Assembly (NCBI GenBank): GCA_963711565.1
Contig: CAVQEQ010000004.1
Coordinates: 576,001 to 640,000 of the forward strand
Direction: 5' to 3'
Source: an uncultured delta proteobacterium
GTDB lineage: Bacteria; Desulfobacterota; Binatia; Binatales; Binataceae
DNA: 64,000 nucleotides
In this document: positions 17,528 to 28,115 of the stretch, one piece after another
Layout of the letters: each line of letters opens with the position of its first letter
Numbering within the stretch: the first letter of the stretch is position 1
Translations under genes and position numbers: made by a program
Notes under the pieces: generated by a model
Database searches by the model: none
The model's input: the letters and a program-made list of their open reading frames with translations, nothing else
Told to the model about the DNA's origin: nothing

Positions 17528-20467
17528 ATGCCCAACGATCTTGTCCAGTTCGACGATTTTGTGTTGAACCGCGCCGCTTGCGAGCTTCGCCGTGGCGATG
17601 CGTTAGTGCCGCTGCAGCGGGTTCCGCTCGAGCTTCTATCTTTCTTGCTCGAACGCCGCGGGCAGCTGGTTACGCGCACGGAGATTCTGGAACGGGTGTG
17701 GGGCAAAGGGGTTTTCCTCGACGGCGAGACCAGTATCAACACGGCGGTGCGAAAGCTCCGACGGGCGTTGTCAGACGATCCTCACGCGCCGCGATTCGTC
17801 GCGACGGTGCCGGCCAGGGGCTATCGATTCGTCGCGGAAATTCGCTCGCCGAAGCCGGGTCTTATGACGCGTCCCGCGGGCCCGCGATCAGCGGTGATGG
17901 TAGGACGCGAGCACGAGCTGGCCTCGCTCATTGGCGGACTCGACGATGCGGCGGCGCGGCGCGGGCGGTTGTTTCTGATTTGCGGCGAACCGGGCGTCGG
18001 CAAGACGCGGCTGGCAGACGAGGTGGCGACCGTTGCCGCAGCGAAGCGAATGGAGCTGATGGTCGGGCATTGTTCGGAACACGATGAAGCCGTCGCGTAC
18101 CTTCCTTTCGTCGAAATCCTGGAGAGCTTCGTCGAGCGCCCGCAGAGTCAGGATCGTTTGCGCGCCGCGTTGGGACCCGAGGCATCGGAGCTGGCGCGTT
18201 TGCTGCCCAAGCTCAGGAACATCCTGCCAGGGCTTCCACCGTCGCGATCTTTGCCGCCTCCGGAGGCCCGGCGCCACCTGCTCAACTCGGTCTTTGACTT
18301 CGCCGCTCGCGCCGCTTCCACTCGCCCGGCGCTGATGATCCTCGAAGATATTCATTGGGCGGACGATTCAACCCTGGCCCTGCTGGACCACATCGCGCGG
18401 CGGCTCTCGGATCAGCCTCTGATGGTTATCTGCACCTATCGCGATGCGGAGATAAACATCACGCCGGTTCTGGCGCGGACGCTCGAGGACCTCGTCCGCG
18501 GCCGGCTCGCGACCGAGGTAAGAATAAAGCGCCTGCCCCGCGGCGAAGTCGCCGCCATGCTGAGCAGCCTGAGCAGAAAGGCGCCGCCCGAGGGCGTCGT
18601 TGCGGAGATATTTGCGGAGACGGAAGGCAATCCATTCTTCGTCGAAGAGCTTTTTCATCATCTCGAAGATGAAGGCCGGCTCTACGATGCGGCGGGACAA
18701 TTCCGTTCAAAACTCCAGATCGGGGAGCTTGATGCGCCGCGCAGCGTTCGGCTGGTGGTCGCGAGACGAATCGCGCGGCTCGGCCGACTCACCCGCGAGA
18801 TGCTGGCGGCCGCATCGGTGATTGGAAGATTCTTCAGCTTCGAGGTTCTTCAGGTTCTCTACGACGACGATGCCGATTCAATCCTGGAATGCCTCGAAGA
18901 AGCGGAGAAGGCAGGGCTACTGGTGTCGGTCGCGACCGGCTCACAGGCGCGGTTCGCCTTCTCCCACGAGCTCATTCGTCAGGCGGTGCTCGGCGGTTTG
19001 TCGGCGATGCGGCGTCAGCGACTTCATTTGAAAGTAGCTGACGCAATCGAGCAGATGGCTTCCATGTCCAAACCCACATACGCCACGAGCCTGGACGAGT
19101 TGGCCGCCCAACTCGCGCATCACCACGCGCGGGGCGGAAATCCGGGCAAGGCCGTCGCGTATTACCTAAGCGCCGTTCAGCAGCTTGCGGACCTCGGCTC
19201 CAACGTCGAGGCGATTGCGATGTTCAACGCAGGCCTTGAACTATTGAGCGAACTACCCGACGACGACCGGCGGACAAAGCTGGAGATCGACCTTCGATTC
19301 GCCGCCCACGGACCATTGGGAGACAGCAAAGGGCTGGCATCGGCGGAAATAGAGAATTCGATCGACCGCGCGCTCGCGCTATGCAAGAGGCCGAGGATCA
19401 ACTGGGAAAGAACCTGGTGGGCGTTGTACAACGCGTTTTGGGTTCACCATCTCCGTCCCGATACCCGCAGGGCGCGCGATATCGCTGCTGAGCTTGTCGC
19501 GGGCGCCGAGGAGAATGGCACCGCCGCGCAGATCGCGGAGGCCGAGACTTCGCTTGCCTGGGCGAGGATGTACGCGGGTGACTTCGAGCTCGCTGATCAA
19601 GGCTTCGAGCGGGCGTGGGTGCATCTGGAGTCGATTCAGAAGCGCGCAGCAACTTTACCGCCGCCCGATGGATCCGATCGCGAAGTGCGTACTATCTCGC
19701 AACTGGGCACTCCGCAGAACAACCGCATGGTATCCGGATGGAACCTGTGGTTCATGGGCTATCCGGATCGCGCGGTGGAGCGAATGAATCTTGCCACGGC
19801 GATCGCGAATGCTGGGGTTAAGACGATGCTCGCTGACATCCACGGTTTCGCCAGTTACATTCACGAGCTTCGCCGCGAACCCGAGCTGATGAAAGCGCGG
19901 GCCGAGGCAAGGCTGCGGCTTTCAATCGAATCGGGCTACCCCATCGGCAAGGCATTGAGCGAAATCTACCTCGGGTGGGCCGATGCGATAGCGGGCGATT
20001 TGGAGCGCGGCATCGCGCGCATACGCCAATATCTATCCGAAGTGAAGGCCAGCGGCTGCGAGTACATGTATGACCGGTGCCTCTCGTTCACAGCGATCGC
20101 ACTCAGCCGAATGGGACGGTTCGATGAAGCGCTCAAAGCCATCGACGAGTCATTTTCCTTCACCGACAGAACGGGCCAGCACTACTACGAGGCCGAGCTG
20201 CATCGACTAAGGGGCGAGCTACTGCTAGCCCGAAATCCGTCGGACGGCGCGCAGGCTGAGCGATGCTTCCGCTCGGCGATCGATATTGCGCGCGAGCAGC
20301 AAGCGCGTTCCTGGGAGTTGCGCGCCGCGATGAGCCTCGCACGACTTGCGCGAGGCACCAAACGCAAAGATGAGGCGCGAACTATACTGGAGGCGACATA
20401 CGAATGGTTCACCGAAGGTTTCGATACTCTGGATCTGAAAGATGCCAGAGCACTACTCGATGGATAG
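17528..20467 (+). CDS. OmpR/PhoB-type winged-helix DNA-binding domain + STAND AAA ATPase + TPR-like sensor (transcriptional regulator)
   Basis: FDDFVLN...LVTRTEILERVW...AVRKLRRAL...FVATVPARGYRF; Walker A GEPGVGKT; ILEDIHWAD; GNPFF; C-terminus paralogous to the cyclase gene. Confidence 0.92.
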   Translation: MPNDLVQFDDFVLNRAACELRRGDALVPLQRVPLELLSFLLERRGQLVTRTEILERVWGKGVFLDGETSINTAVRKLRRALSDDPHAPRFVATVPARGYRFVAEIRSPKPGLMTRPAGPRSAVMVGREHELASLIGGLDDAAARRGRLFLICGEPGVGKTRLADEVATVAAAKRMELMVGHCSEHDEAVAYLPFVEILESFVERPQSQDRLRAALGPEASELARLLPKLRNILPGLPPSRSLPPPEARRHLLNSVFDFAARAASTRPALMILEDIHWADDSTLALLDHIARRLSDQPLMVICTYRDAEINITPVLARTLEDLVRGRLATEVRIKRLPRGEVAAMLSSLSRKAPPEGVVAEIFAETEGNPFFVEELFHHLEDEGRLYDAAGQFRSKLQIGELDAPRSVRLVVARRIARLGRLTREMLAAASVIGRFFSFEVLQVLYDDDADSILECLEEAEKAGLLVSVATGSQARFAFSHELIRQAVLGGLSAMRRQRLHLKVADAIEQMASMSKPTYATSLDELAAQLAHHHARGGNPGKAVAYYLSAVQQLADLGSNVEAIAMFNAGLELLSELPDDDRRTKLEIDLRFAAHGPLGDSKGLASAEIENSIDRALALCKRPRINWERTWWALYNAFWVHHLRPDTRRARDIAAELVAGAEENGTAAQIAEAETSLAWARMYAGDFELADQGFERAWVHLESIQKRAATLPPPDGSDREVRTISQLGTPQNNRMVSGWNLWFMGYPDRAVERMNLATAIANAGVKTMLADIHGFASYIHELRREPELMKARAEARLRLSIESGYPIGKALSEIYLGWADAIAGDLERGIARIRQYLSEVKASGCEYMYDRCLSFTAIALSRMGRFDEALKAIDESFSFTDRTGQHYYEAELHRLRGELLLARNPSDGAQAERCFRSAIDIAREQQARSWELRAAMSLARLARGTKRKDEARTILEATYEWFTEGFDTLDLKDARALLDG

Positions 20468-20784
20468 AGCGCTAATCAATATGTTAGCGGATCGCGAACT
20501 CGCTCCCATTCATTTGGGTCGCAAGCATCAGCGCGAGCCACACCGTTCGTCGAGGTGTAAGCGCTATCCGAGCAGCACCTGGCTGAGGACCATTCGAAAA
20601 TATTAATGAATAAGCGTTGCGTCCTGATTTAGGTCGGCTAATCCTCGCAACGCTGAAAAGTGTGTAAATATCTACAGTTTGTAGAGATAATGGCCGGGAA
20701 TAGATTCTAAAGAAATGAGGCGTCTTGTAGTAATTAGCTACTGCCTGTTTGCTTTTAGCTCGTCATATGTTATTTACTAACGGT

Positions 20785-21285
20785 ATGTCGAAGGCAAAGA
20801 ATTCAGGACGGACCGTCGGCGCGTCACGCACCGGCAAGGGCAAATCCAACATCTCTGTGGCACGTGCGAAGGCCCCGAATTTCGGGGAAGTGATACGCGC
20901 AAAACGAAGAGAACTCGATCTCACGCAGGACGAAGTTGCCGCGCAGATCAGCACGTCGACGCCATACGTGGGACACCTGGAATCCGGCAAACGGCACCCG
21001 TCGGACAAGGTTGTGACGAAGCTGGCGGAAGTGCTTGGCATCGGCAACCGCGAATTGTTCCTGCTCGCCAACCCGCATGCCGAAGCGCTGTTCGCGACCG
21101 AGCCGGTGCGAGGGGGAGGTTCGGCCTGGGAGCAGTTTCAGAAAGACGAAAACCTTCGACGCATTCACAACGTCTCGGGCGCCGAGTTTGCGATATTGTC
21201 GCAAGTGTCCCTGCTTGGCGAAGTTCAGTCAACGCGCGATCTGATTTATATTTTGCAAACGATTCGTCACGCAGTCGGAAAATAG
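20785..21285 (+). CDS. XRE-family HTH transcriptional regulator
   Basis: FGEVIRAKRRELDLTQDEVA...YVGHLESGKRHPS...KLAEVLG; upstream palindrome TCTACA-GTT-TGTAGA at 20671-20685. Confidence 0.88.
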   Translation: MSKAKNSGRTVGASRTGKGKSNISVARAKAPNFGEVIRAKRRELDLTQDEVAAQISTSTPYVGHLESGKRHPSDKVVTKLAEVLGIGNRELFLLANPHAEALFATEPVRGGGSAWEQFQKDENLRRIHNVSGAEFAILSQVSLLGEVQSTRDLIYILQTIRHAVGK

Positions 21286-21637
21286 GCCGCTCCTCCTGAA
21301 CTAGCCACCCGCGTCTCTCCGCCGGCGCTCGAATAGCCGGCGCACTCCTTCGATTCGACAATCAAGTCTTCGACGCTCGCGCAACATCGCGAGGGCGCCG
21401 AGGATTCGACTAGCTAGTCGCGTATGTAGCAGTGCGTTAATACGTGAGTATCAACTTGCTAATACATTCATCATTCTTTCCTATCTCACTCTTCAGCCTC
21501 AGTTCACTATTTGTATAGTTATCGCAGTCCGAATCTGATTGCCTATCTGAAGTAGAGTCCTCGGCGGATCGTTGGATGCAGGCGGACGGGATGATCGTGT
21601 CGCAATCGATGCGAGGCACGATGGGGAGGGGTAGGCC

Positions 21638-22432
21638 ATGTTTCAACGCAGCTATTACCGAACGATCTGGATCTCCGATGTGCACCTCGGAACTCGAGCG
21701 TGCAAGGCGAGTTCACTTCTGGATTTTCTGCGCCGTCACATTGCGGAGACCCTCTACCTGGTCGGCGACATAGTCAACGGATGGAACTGGGGACCTTCGT
21801 GGTATTGGAGTACCGCCCAACAGGAGCTGGTGAATGAGGTCATGCTATGGCGTCGCAGTGGCGTCAATGTAGTATTCCTTCCCGGAAATCACGACGAGGG
21901 CAAGGTCGGCCTCGTCGAGGAACTGTTTGGGCGCATCCCCACTATAAGCTCGTTGATTCATACCACCGTCAACGGCGCCAAAATGCTTGTCATCCATGGG
22001 CATCAGTTCGACGGCTCGCTGAATCCAAATCGTCTATTGCCGATCATCGGGTCTCACGCGTACGCGCGCGCCCAGCGCATCCATGACTGGTATAACCGGC
22101 AGAGAGAAGATGGAAGCGACGAAGGGCATCCGCTGTCCGACTTTTTCCGCTACCCCGCGCGCAAGGCGCTTGAGTTCCTCACTGACTTCCGCGACCGCGC
22201 GGTACTCGCAGCCGCGCGCGATCACAGGGCCGATGGCGTGATTTGCGGACATATTCATCGCTCGGATCATCGGCTGATCGGAAACATCCTGTACGTGAAT
22301 GACGGTGACTGGGTGCAAAATCGGACCGCGGTCGTCGAGGAGGGGGACGGAGCGCTGCAGGTCATTCGATGGAGTGGTCCACAAGCGAACATTTCAGTTT
22401 CCAGGCCGATGCCGCAGGAGGTGACCTCGTGA
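21638..22432 (+). CDS. Calcineurin-like metallophosphoesterase, PlcP/LpxH-like
   Basis: YRTIWISDVHLGT, LYLVGDIV, PGNHD, IHGHQFD, ICGHIH and YVNDGDWV motifs. Confidence 0.88.
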   Translation: MFQRSYYRTIWISDVHLGTRACKASSLLDFLRRHIAETLYLVGDIVNGWNWGPSWYWSTAQQELVNEVMLWRRSGVNVVFLPGNHDEGKVGLVEELFGRIPTISSLIHTTVNGAKMLVIHGHQFDGSLNPNRLLPIIGSHAYARAQRIHDWYNRQREDGSDEGHPLSDFFRYPARKALEFLTDFRDRAVLAAARDHRADGVICGHIHRSDHRLIGNILYVNDGDWVQNRTAVVEEGDGALQVIRWSGPQANISVSRPMPQEVTS

Positions 22433-23685
22433 CAATTTACCATCCTGAATCAGCAAATCGCGTAGAGGCAGAGCTCGATCTGATTTACTTCGACGCGGGC
22501 GGTGGACATCGCGTATCGGCGACGGCTCTGATCTCGGCGGCCCGCGAACAGCATCGTTCGTGGCATATAAACCTGATCAATCTGCGCGAACTGCTCGAGC
22601 CGGCCGACGTGATTCGACGCCTCACCGGAGTCCGCATCGAGGATTTCTACAACTCCCAGCTCAAACACGGTCTTACCATCGGCACCGGCCCGCTGCTGCG
22701 GATCACGCAGATGCTGATTCGGCAACTCGAGCCGACGATCATCAAGCTACTGGCGCGCCATTGGCAGCGCTCGCGGCCCGACCTTGTCGTTTCAATGATC
22801 CCCAACTTCAATCACACGATCCTACAAGGCCTCAGACAGGCCGACGCGATGCGGAGACGACCCGAGACTCCGATGGTCACGATTCTTACGGACCTGGCCG
22901 ACTGTCCGCCGCACTTCTGGATCGAACGTCAAAGCCAGTACCTGGTCTGCGGCACTGCCACCGCGGCGGCGCAGGCGATTGCGATGGGTCATGCGCCCGA
23001 GCGCGTATTTCGCACATCGGGAATGATCGTGCGGCCCGAGTTTTATCGTCCTATGGAGCTAAGCCGCGAAGCGGAGCGTGTTAGCATAGGTCTCGACCCC
23101 GAATTGCCGACAGGGATCGTGATGTTCGGCAGCTATGGATCAAGCCAGATGGCAGCTATTGCCAGAAGGATAGAAGTCGCGGGACTTAAGACTCAGCTCA
23201 TCTTCCTATGCGGTCACAATGAGAAGCTGCGCGAGCGCATCGAAAGCATGCAACTGTCCTACCCATTCCACTGCGCGGGTTTCACGCAGGAAATACCCTA
23301 CTTCATGAAGCTCGCGGACTATTTCATAGGCAAACCGGGTCCGGGGAGCATCAACGAAGCTCTAGTTATGGGCCTTCCTTTAATCGTGGAGCGCAACGCC
23401 TGGACGATGGTGCAGGAACGCTTCAACACAGATTGGATTGCGCAAAACGGGTTTGGAGTAGTGTTGCCTTCCTTTCGTGAGATAGGAAGCGCGGTCTCGA
23501 CGATGCTGGATCACGAACAGTTCCTCCGCCTGCGCGCCAACGTGGAAGCGTTCGATAACCGCGCGGTGTTTGAAATCCCAGAAATTCTGGAAGCCCTGAT
23601 TTCTCATCATCGAGCCGCTAACTGGAGCTTTGGGCGCACTGCGCCGGCAAGACAATTCGCGCCGGAGATTCACTACGGCGTTTGA
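22429..23685 (+). CDS. MGDG-synthase-like (GT28-type) diacylglycerol glycosyltransferase
   Basis: AGGGHR, TILTDL, GMIVRPEF, FLCGHNEKL, GKPGPGSINEAL, QERFN; the GTG overlaps the upstream stop (GTGA). Confidence 0.85.
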   Translation: MTIYHPESANRVEAELDLIYFDAGGGHRVSATALISAAREQHRSWHINLINLRELLEPADVIRRLTGVRIEDFYNSQLKHGLTIGTGPLLRITQMLIRQLEPTIIKLLARHWQRSRPDLVVSMIPNFNHTILQGLRQADAMRRRPETPMVTILTDLADCPPHFWIERQSQYLVCGTATAAAQAIAMGHAPERVFRTSGMIVRPEFYRPMELSREAERVSIGLDPELPTGIVMFGSYGSSQMAAIARRIEVAGLKTQLIFLCGHNEKLRERIESMQLSYPFHCAGFTQEIPYFMKLADYFIGKPGPGSINEALVMGLPLIVERNAWTMVQERFNTDWIAQNGFGVVLPSFREIGSAVSTMLDHEQFLRLRANVEAFDNRAVFEIPEILEALISHHRAANWSFGRTAPARQFAPEIHYGV

Positions 23686-24496
23686 CGATCGACTTTGCCT
23701 CATCCTGTGGCGTCGGATTTTGAGAGCGCCCCTTCTAGCTCTGTGTTCTCTGGCCCTATCCGCTGCCCTTTCGAGTAACACTGGCGCGCTGGAGGTTGGT
23801 TCTCCCGGCGGCGCCGATTTCGGTGGGCTACAGTTTAAGATCTTGAGTTTCGACGGTAGGCAGACGATTGGCTATACACGTTTCACAGTCCTGAAGAACA
23901 ACTCGATTGAAGAGATCAAGGGCGAGACCAGATACCTCGATGGCGAGTGTGATAGCGAGGACGAGTTCTTATACCTCGCGCCCCCGACCTATATACCCAG
24001 GCTCGATAGCTATGAGCATTCGTTCTTCAACGCTGACGGCACGTTAAAGATGGTCGATACGCTCAGTGTCAAATCCGGGGTGGCCTCGTGCATGAGCCAT
24101 ATGTCGGGCCGTGTGAACGTGCGTAAGTCTCTGCTTGACGTGCCGGCGGACTCATTCGCAGGAGCGTCTGGCTTGATGATGATAGTTGGGAGTCTTAGGC
24201 ATGGGAATCGTGAAATCAGCTTTCATGCGTTCGCATGCGCGCCGGGGCCTGAGCTCTTCGCCGTTGAGGCGTCGCTGCCCGAGCGATCGGAACGTTGGCC
24301 GCTATACCCCGGCGATCTTTTCCGCCTCGATATGCGGCCTGACCTGGGCGCCTTGAATCTGCTGATTGCGCCGTTCCTGCCGACGATGGATGCGTGGTTC
24401 AATCCGAACGACAATTGGAACTACGTCGGTGGCGAGTTCGATCGCTATTTCCGCGGACCTCATGTGATGACGGTTCGAATGCCGCCGGCAGAGTGA
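23630..24496 (+). CDS. Hypothetical exported protein (start uncertain)
   Basis: 288 aa ORF with a signal-like hydrophobic stretch (LLALCSLALSAALS); co-directional with the preceding operon. Confidence 0.6.
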   Translation: MGALRRQDNSRRRFTTAFDDRLCLILWRRILRAPLLALCSLALSAALSSNTGALEVGSPGGADFGGLQFKILSFDGRQTIGYTRFTVLKNNSIEEIKGETRYLDGECDSEDEFLYLAPPTYIPRLDSYEHSFFNADGTLKMVDTLSVKSGVASCMSHMSGRVNVRKSLLDVPADSFAGASGLMMIVGSLRHGNREISFHAFACAPGPELFAVEASLPERSERWPLYPGDLFRLDMRPDLGALNLLIAPFLPTMDAWFNPNDNWNYVGGEFDRYFRGPHVMTVRMPPAE

Positions 24497-24650
24497 AGCG
24501 ATCGAATCCAACTTCAGGTTTCGACAATCTCTTCCGACGACGGCTTCGCCGGTCGCGGATCTTTCAGCTTGCACCTTTTCGAGGAAATGTTGAGAATTGA
24601 GCCGCCAAATACTGCAGTTACACTGGTCTGGAAAATTCGCGGAGGGTTCC

Positions 24651-24983
24651 GTGGAAATCGGCGAGCGGCGCGATGGCGACATCCTGATACTTAGTCCGGC
24701 GGGACGAATCGACAACGATACGAGCGCGGCCTTCCAGACGAGGCTGCTCGCCGCTCTGGCTCCTGGAGCGGCCGTACTGGTTGATTTCTCAGCCGTCGAG
24801 TACATTTCGAGCGCCGGCTTACGCGCGCTGATGATGGGATCGAAGCAATCGAAAGCGGCAAAGGGCAGGCTGGCGGTCGCGGCGTTGGGTTCGGTGGTCA
24901 AGGAGATATTCGAGATCAGCCGCTTCTCGATGGTCGTGCAGGTCTTCGATACTACCGCGGACGCGCTTGGGGCCCTGCGCTAG
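24651..24983 (+). CDS. STAS-domain anti-sigma-factor antagonist (RsbV/SpoIIAA-like)
   Basis: GRIDNDT...VDFSAVEYISSAGLRAL...VKEIFEISRF; GGAGG RBS before the GTG. Confidence 0.92.
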   Translation: MEIGERRDGDILILSPAGRIDNDTSAAFQTRLLAALAPGAAVLVDFSAVEYISSAGLRALMMGSKQSKAAKGRLAVAALGSVVKEIFEISRFSMVVQVFDTTADALGALR

Positions 24984-25015
24984 TTAGCGGACATGTGCGC
25001 AAGGGGTCAGTGCTT

Positions 25016-25975
25016 ATGTTGATCAGATTTTGGGGCAGTCGCGGTTCGATTCCGACGCCGCTCGGATACCGTGCCGTTCGTACCAAGATCCGCGAGGCGC
25101 TGCTCGTCGCGCGCGGCCAACGACTGGACAGCCTCGAAGCGATCGACAACTTTCTGGCAAAGGAACTCCCGTTCTCTATCAGCGGCACCTACGGCGGCAA
25201 TTCGAGTTGCGTCGAGATCGAAGCGGGCGGCGACGAGTACGTGCTATGCGACGTGGGCTCCGGCGTGCGCGAGTTCGGCAACGCGTTGATCGCCAAGCAT
25301 GGCCCGGCGAAGAAATCTCGCTTCAACGTTTTCCTGTCGCACACTCATTGGGATCATATTATGGGATTCCCGTTTTTCACCCCTTCATACATTCCCGGCA
25401 ACGTGATTCGCATTCACGGCTGCCACAAGGAGATGCGCGACGTTTTCATTCGCCAGCAGTCGAATCCGTGCTTTCCGATCGATTTCCGGGCGCTCGGCGC
25501 GACGATCGAGTTCGTCGAGCTGGAGCCCGGCCGCACCTACGAGATCGACGGCCTGTCGGTGACGGCTATCCGGCAGAATCACCCGAGCGATTCCTACGGC
25601 TTCCGCTTTTCGAGGAACGGCAAGTCGATGGTTTACTCGACCGACTCCGAGCACAAGTTCGACATTCTCACCGAGGACTATCCGTTCGTCGAATTTTTCC
25701 GCGACGCCGACCTCCTCATCTTCGATGCGCAGTATTCGCTGGCGGATCAGATCTCGATCAAAGAGGATTGGGGGCATTCGAGCAACATGATCGCGGTTGA
25801 ACTCGCGCAACTCGCACGCGTCAAGCACCTGGTGATGTACCATCACGAACCAATGTTCGACGACAAGATGATCGAAAAGGTGCTCGGCGAGACGCGGCGC
25901 TACGCCGAGATCAACGGCTCGCCGCACAAGCTGACCGTCTCATCGGCCTACGACGGACTCGAGATTGTCATCTGA
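25016..25975 (+). CDS. MBL-fold metallohydrolase (phosphodiesterase-like)
   Basis: IRFWGSRGSIPTP, YGGNSSCVE, SHTHWDHIMG, YSTDSE, DAQY, WGHS and YHHEP motifs. Confidence 0.9.
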   Translation: MLIRFWGSRGSIPTPLGYRAVRTKIREALLVARGQRLDSLEAIDNFLAKELPFSISGTYGGNSSCVEIEAGGDEYVLCDVGSGVREFGNALIAKHGPAKKSRFNVFLSHTHWDHIMGFPFFTPSYIPGNVIRIHGCHKEMRDVFIRQQSNPCFPIDFRALGATIEFVELEPGRTYEIDGLSVTAIRQNHPSDSYGFRFSRNGKSMVYSTDSEHKFDILTEDYPFVEFFRDADLLIFDAQYSLADQISIKEDWGHSSNMIAVELAQLARVKHLVMYHHEPMFDDKMIEKVLGETRRYAEINGSPHKLTVSSAYDGLEIVI

Positions 25976-28115
25976 GGACAAGGCACAGCCGGGAAGACAG
26001 CTGAGCTGGGCGCGTCGAATATTAGCGGCGCCGGGACGCTTGCCGGCCCTGGTGCTGCTGGCGCTGCTCGTGATTGTACGCGCGCTCGATCCGGGCTTCG
26101 TGCAGAGCCTGAGGTTGCGCGGCTTCGATTTCCTCGAACAACTTGCGCCGCGCAAGTATCAGCCGCTGCCGGTGCAGATCGTCGCAATCGACGACAAGAG
26201 TCTCGCGCAATACGGACAATGGCCATGGTCGCGGGCGCGCGTGGCGCAACTCGTCGATAAGATCGCGTCGGGCAAGCCGAGCGTGCTCGGTGTCGATATT
26301 ATTTTCGCCGAGCCCGACCGGCTTTCGCCCGGCCGCCTGGCCGATTCCGATCCTGAAATTCCCGCTGACGTTGTCGGCGAGCTCTCGCGGCTGCCTTCGC
26401 ACGAATCTGTTCTGGCCGACGCGTTGCGCGAAGTCCCGACAGTGCTGGCAGTCGCCGCAAGTAACGAGACGTCCCTGGCGCGGACACCCTCGCGCGTTAC
26501 GATGATTCTCGAATCGGGCGCAAATCCACGCCCGTTCCTTTTCACTCATCCGGAGCTGGTGAAGAGCCTGCCTGAGATAGCGGCCGCCGAGCGGGGGCAG
26601 GGTTCCATTGACTCGGAGAAGGATCGCGACGGCATCACTCGCCGCGTGCCGTTGTTTATTGTCGCCGAGGGCCACCTCGTGCCGGACCTGGCGCTCGAGA
26701 TGCTGCGAGTCGGTTCGGGTGCCGGCGCACTCGAAATCGTAACCGGCAAGGAGGGCGTGCTGGGCGCCAGGTTGGGTTCGCTCTTTGTGCCGACCGATCG
26801 GCACGGCCAGATCTATCCATATTTCACGCCTTCGTACGACGCTCGCTACATCTCGGCTGCTGACCTGCTCGACGGCTCCTATGATCCGGCGCGGTTGAAC
26901 GGTGCCGCCGTGCTTTTGGGATCGAGCGCTCTCGGTTTGACCGACCAGAATCAGACGCCGCTCGGCCTCATGCCGGGGGTCGAGGTCTGGGCACAATCGC
27001 TGGAATCGATGCTGACCGGAAATCTGCTCCGGCGCCCGGCGACGCTCAATGCCGTCGAGATCGTGATCGTACTTGCCGCGGGGCTGGTCATCATCTTTGC
27101 GTTGCCATTTTCGAATCCGCGAATAGCCGGCGCTGCGTTGCTTGGCATAATCGTGCTGCTCTTTTGCGCCGCGTTGGCGAGTTTCAAAATCTCAAAGCTG
27201 CTGCTCGACGGCATCTATCCGACGCTGTCATCGGCGCTCGTGTTCGGCGTGATGTTGTCGGAGAACTTGCGCGTCGCGGAGGCGGGGCGCCGTCGGCTCG
27301 CGAGTGAGTTGCAGCATGAACGTGAAATAGAAGCACGAATGGACGGCGAGCTGAATGCCGCGCGCTCCATACAGATTGGGCTGCTCCCGCGCCATTTCCC
27401 GGGCCCGCCCGAGCGCAATGACCTCGAGGTCTTCGCTTCCATCGAGCCCGCGCGGATGGTCGGCGGCGATCTTTATGATTTCGTTTTTCTCGATTCCGAT
27501 CATCTTTCTTTCGCGATTGCCGACGTCTCCGGCAAGGGAGTTCCGGCCGCGCTGTTCATGGCGATGACCAAGGAGGTATTGCACACCGCGACGCTGCGTT
27601 ATCGGAAGCAGCTCGATCGCGTATTCAGTGAGGCGAACTCCAAGATTTCAGCCGCGAGCGAGGAGTTGGCCGCGGGCGGCTCGAATATGATGTTCGTGAC
27701 GGTCTTCGCGGGAATCCTGGACCTCACCTCGGGCGTGCTCGTTTACGTCAACGCCGGCCACGATTCGCCCTTTGTGCTGCGCGCGGGCCTCAAGCCTGAA
27801 ACTCTCCCGCTCGCGGGAGGCCCGCCGCTCGGCACCGTCGACGACTTTCAGTATCCGATCGAGCAACGTCAGCTCGCGCCGGGCGAGACGGTGCTCGCGT
27901 TTACCGACGGGGTCACCGAAGCTCAGGACACTGCTCACGCGTTGTATTCCGGCGCGCGCCTCGAGCGCTTGCTCGCGGCGGCGCCGGCCACCGATGCGAA
28001 AGCGGTGGTCGATTTCGTGCGCGACGACGTCCATCGCTTCGCCGCCGGCGCCGAGCAGGCCGACGACATCACGCTGCTCGCGGTGCGATGGCTGGGGCCG
28101 GTTTCCTCCGGCTGA
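25965..28115 (+). CDS. CHASE2 sensor + transmembrane helices + PP2C/SpoIIE (RsbU-like) phosphatase
   Basis: IVAIDDKSL..GQWPWSR, GVDIIFAEPD, DRDGITRRVPL, TPLGLMPGVE; C-terminal VGGDLYD, IADVSGKG, YVNAGH, FTDGVTEA, QADDITL. Confidence 0.93.
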   Translation: MSSEDKAQPGRQLSWARRILAAPGRLPALVLLALLVIVRALDPGFVQSLRLRGFDFLEQLAPRKYQPLPVQIVAIDDKSLAQYGQWPWSRARVAQLVDKIASGKPSVLGVDIIFAEPDRLSPGRLADSDPEIPADVVGELSRLPSHESVLADALREVPTVLAVAASNETSLARTPSRVTMILESGANPRPFLFTHPELVKSLPEIAAAERGQGSIDSEKDRDGITRRVPLFIVAEGHLVPDLALEMLRVGSGAGALEIVTGKEGVLGARLGSLFVPTDRHGQIYPYFTPSYDARYISAADLLDGSYDPARLNGAAVLLGSSALGLTDQNQTPLGLMPGVEVWAQSLESMLTGNLLRRPATLNAVEIVIVLAAGLVIIFALPFSNPRIAGAALLGIIVLLFCAALASFKISKLLLDGIYPTLSSALVFGVMLSENLRVAEAGRRRLASELQHEREIEARMDGELNAARSIQIGLLPRHFPGPPERNDLEVFASIEPARMVGGDLYDFVFLDSDHLSFAIADVSGKGVPAALFMAMTKEVLHTATLRYRKQLDRVFSEANSKISAASEELAAGGSNMMFVTVFAGILDLTSGVLVYVNAGHDSPFVLRAGLKPETLPLAGGPPLGTVDDFQYPIEQRQLAPGETVLAFTDGVTEAQDTAHALYSGARLERLLAAAPATDAKAVVDFVRDDVHRFAAGAEQADDITLLAVRWLGPVSSG

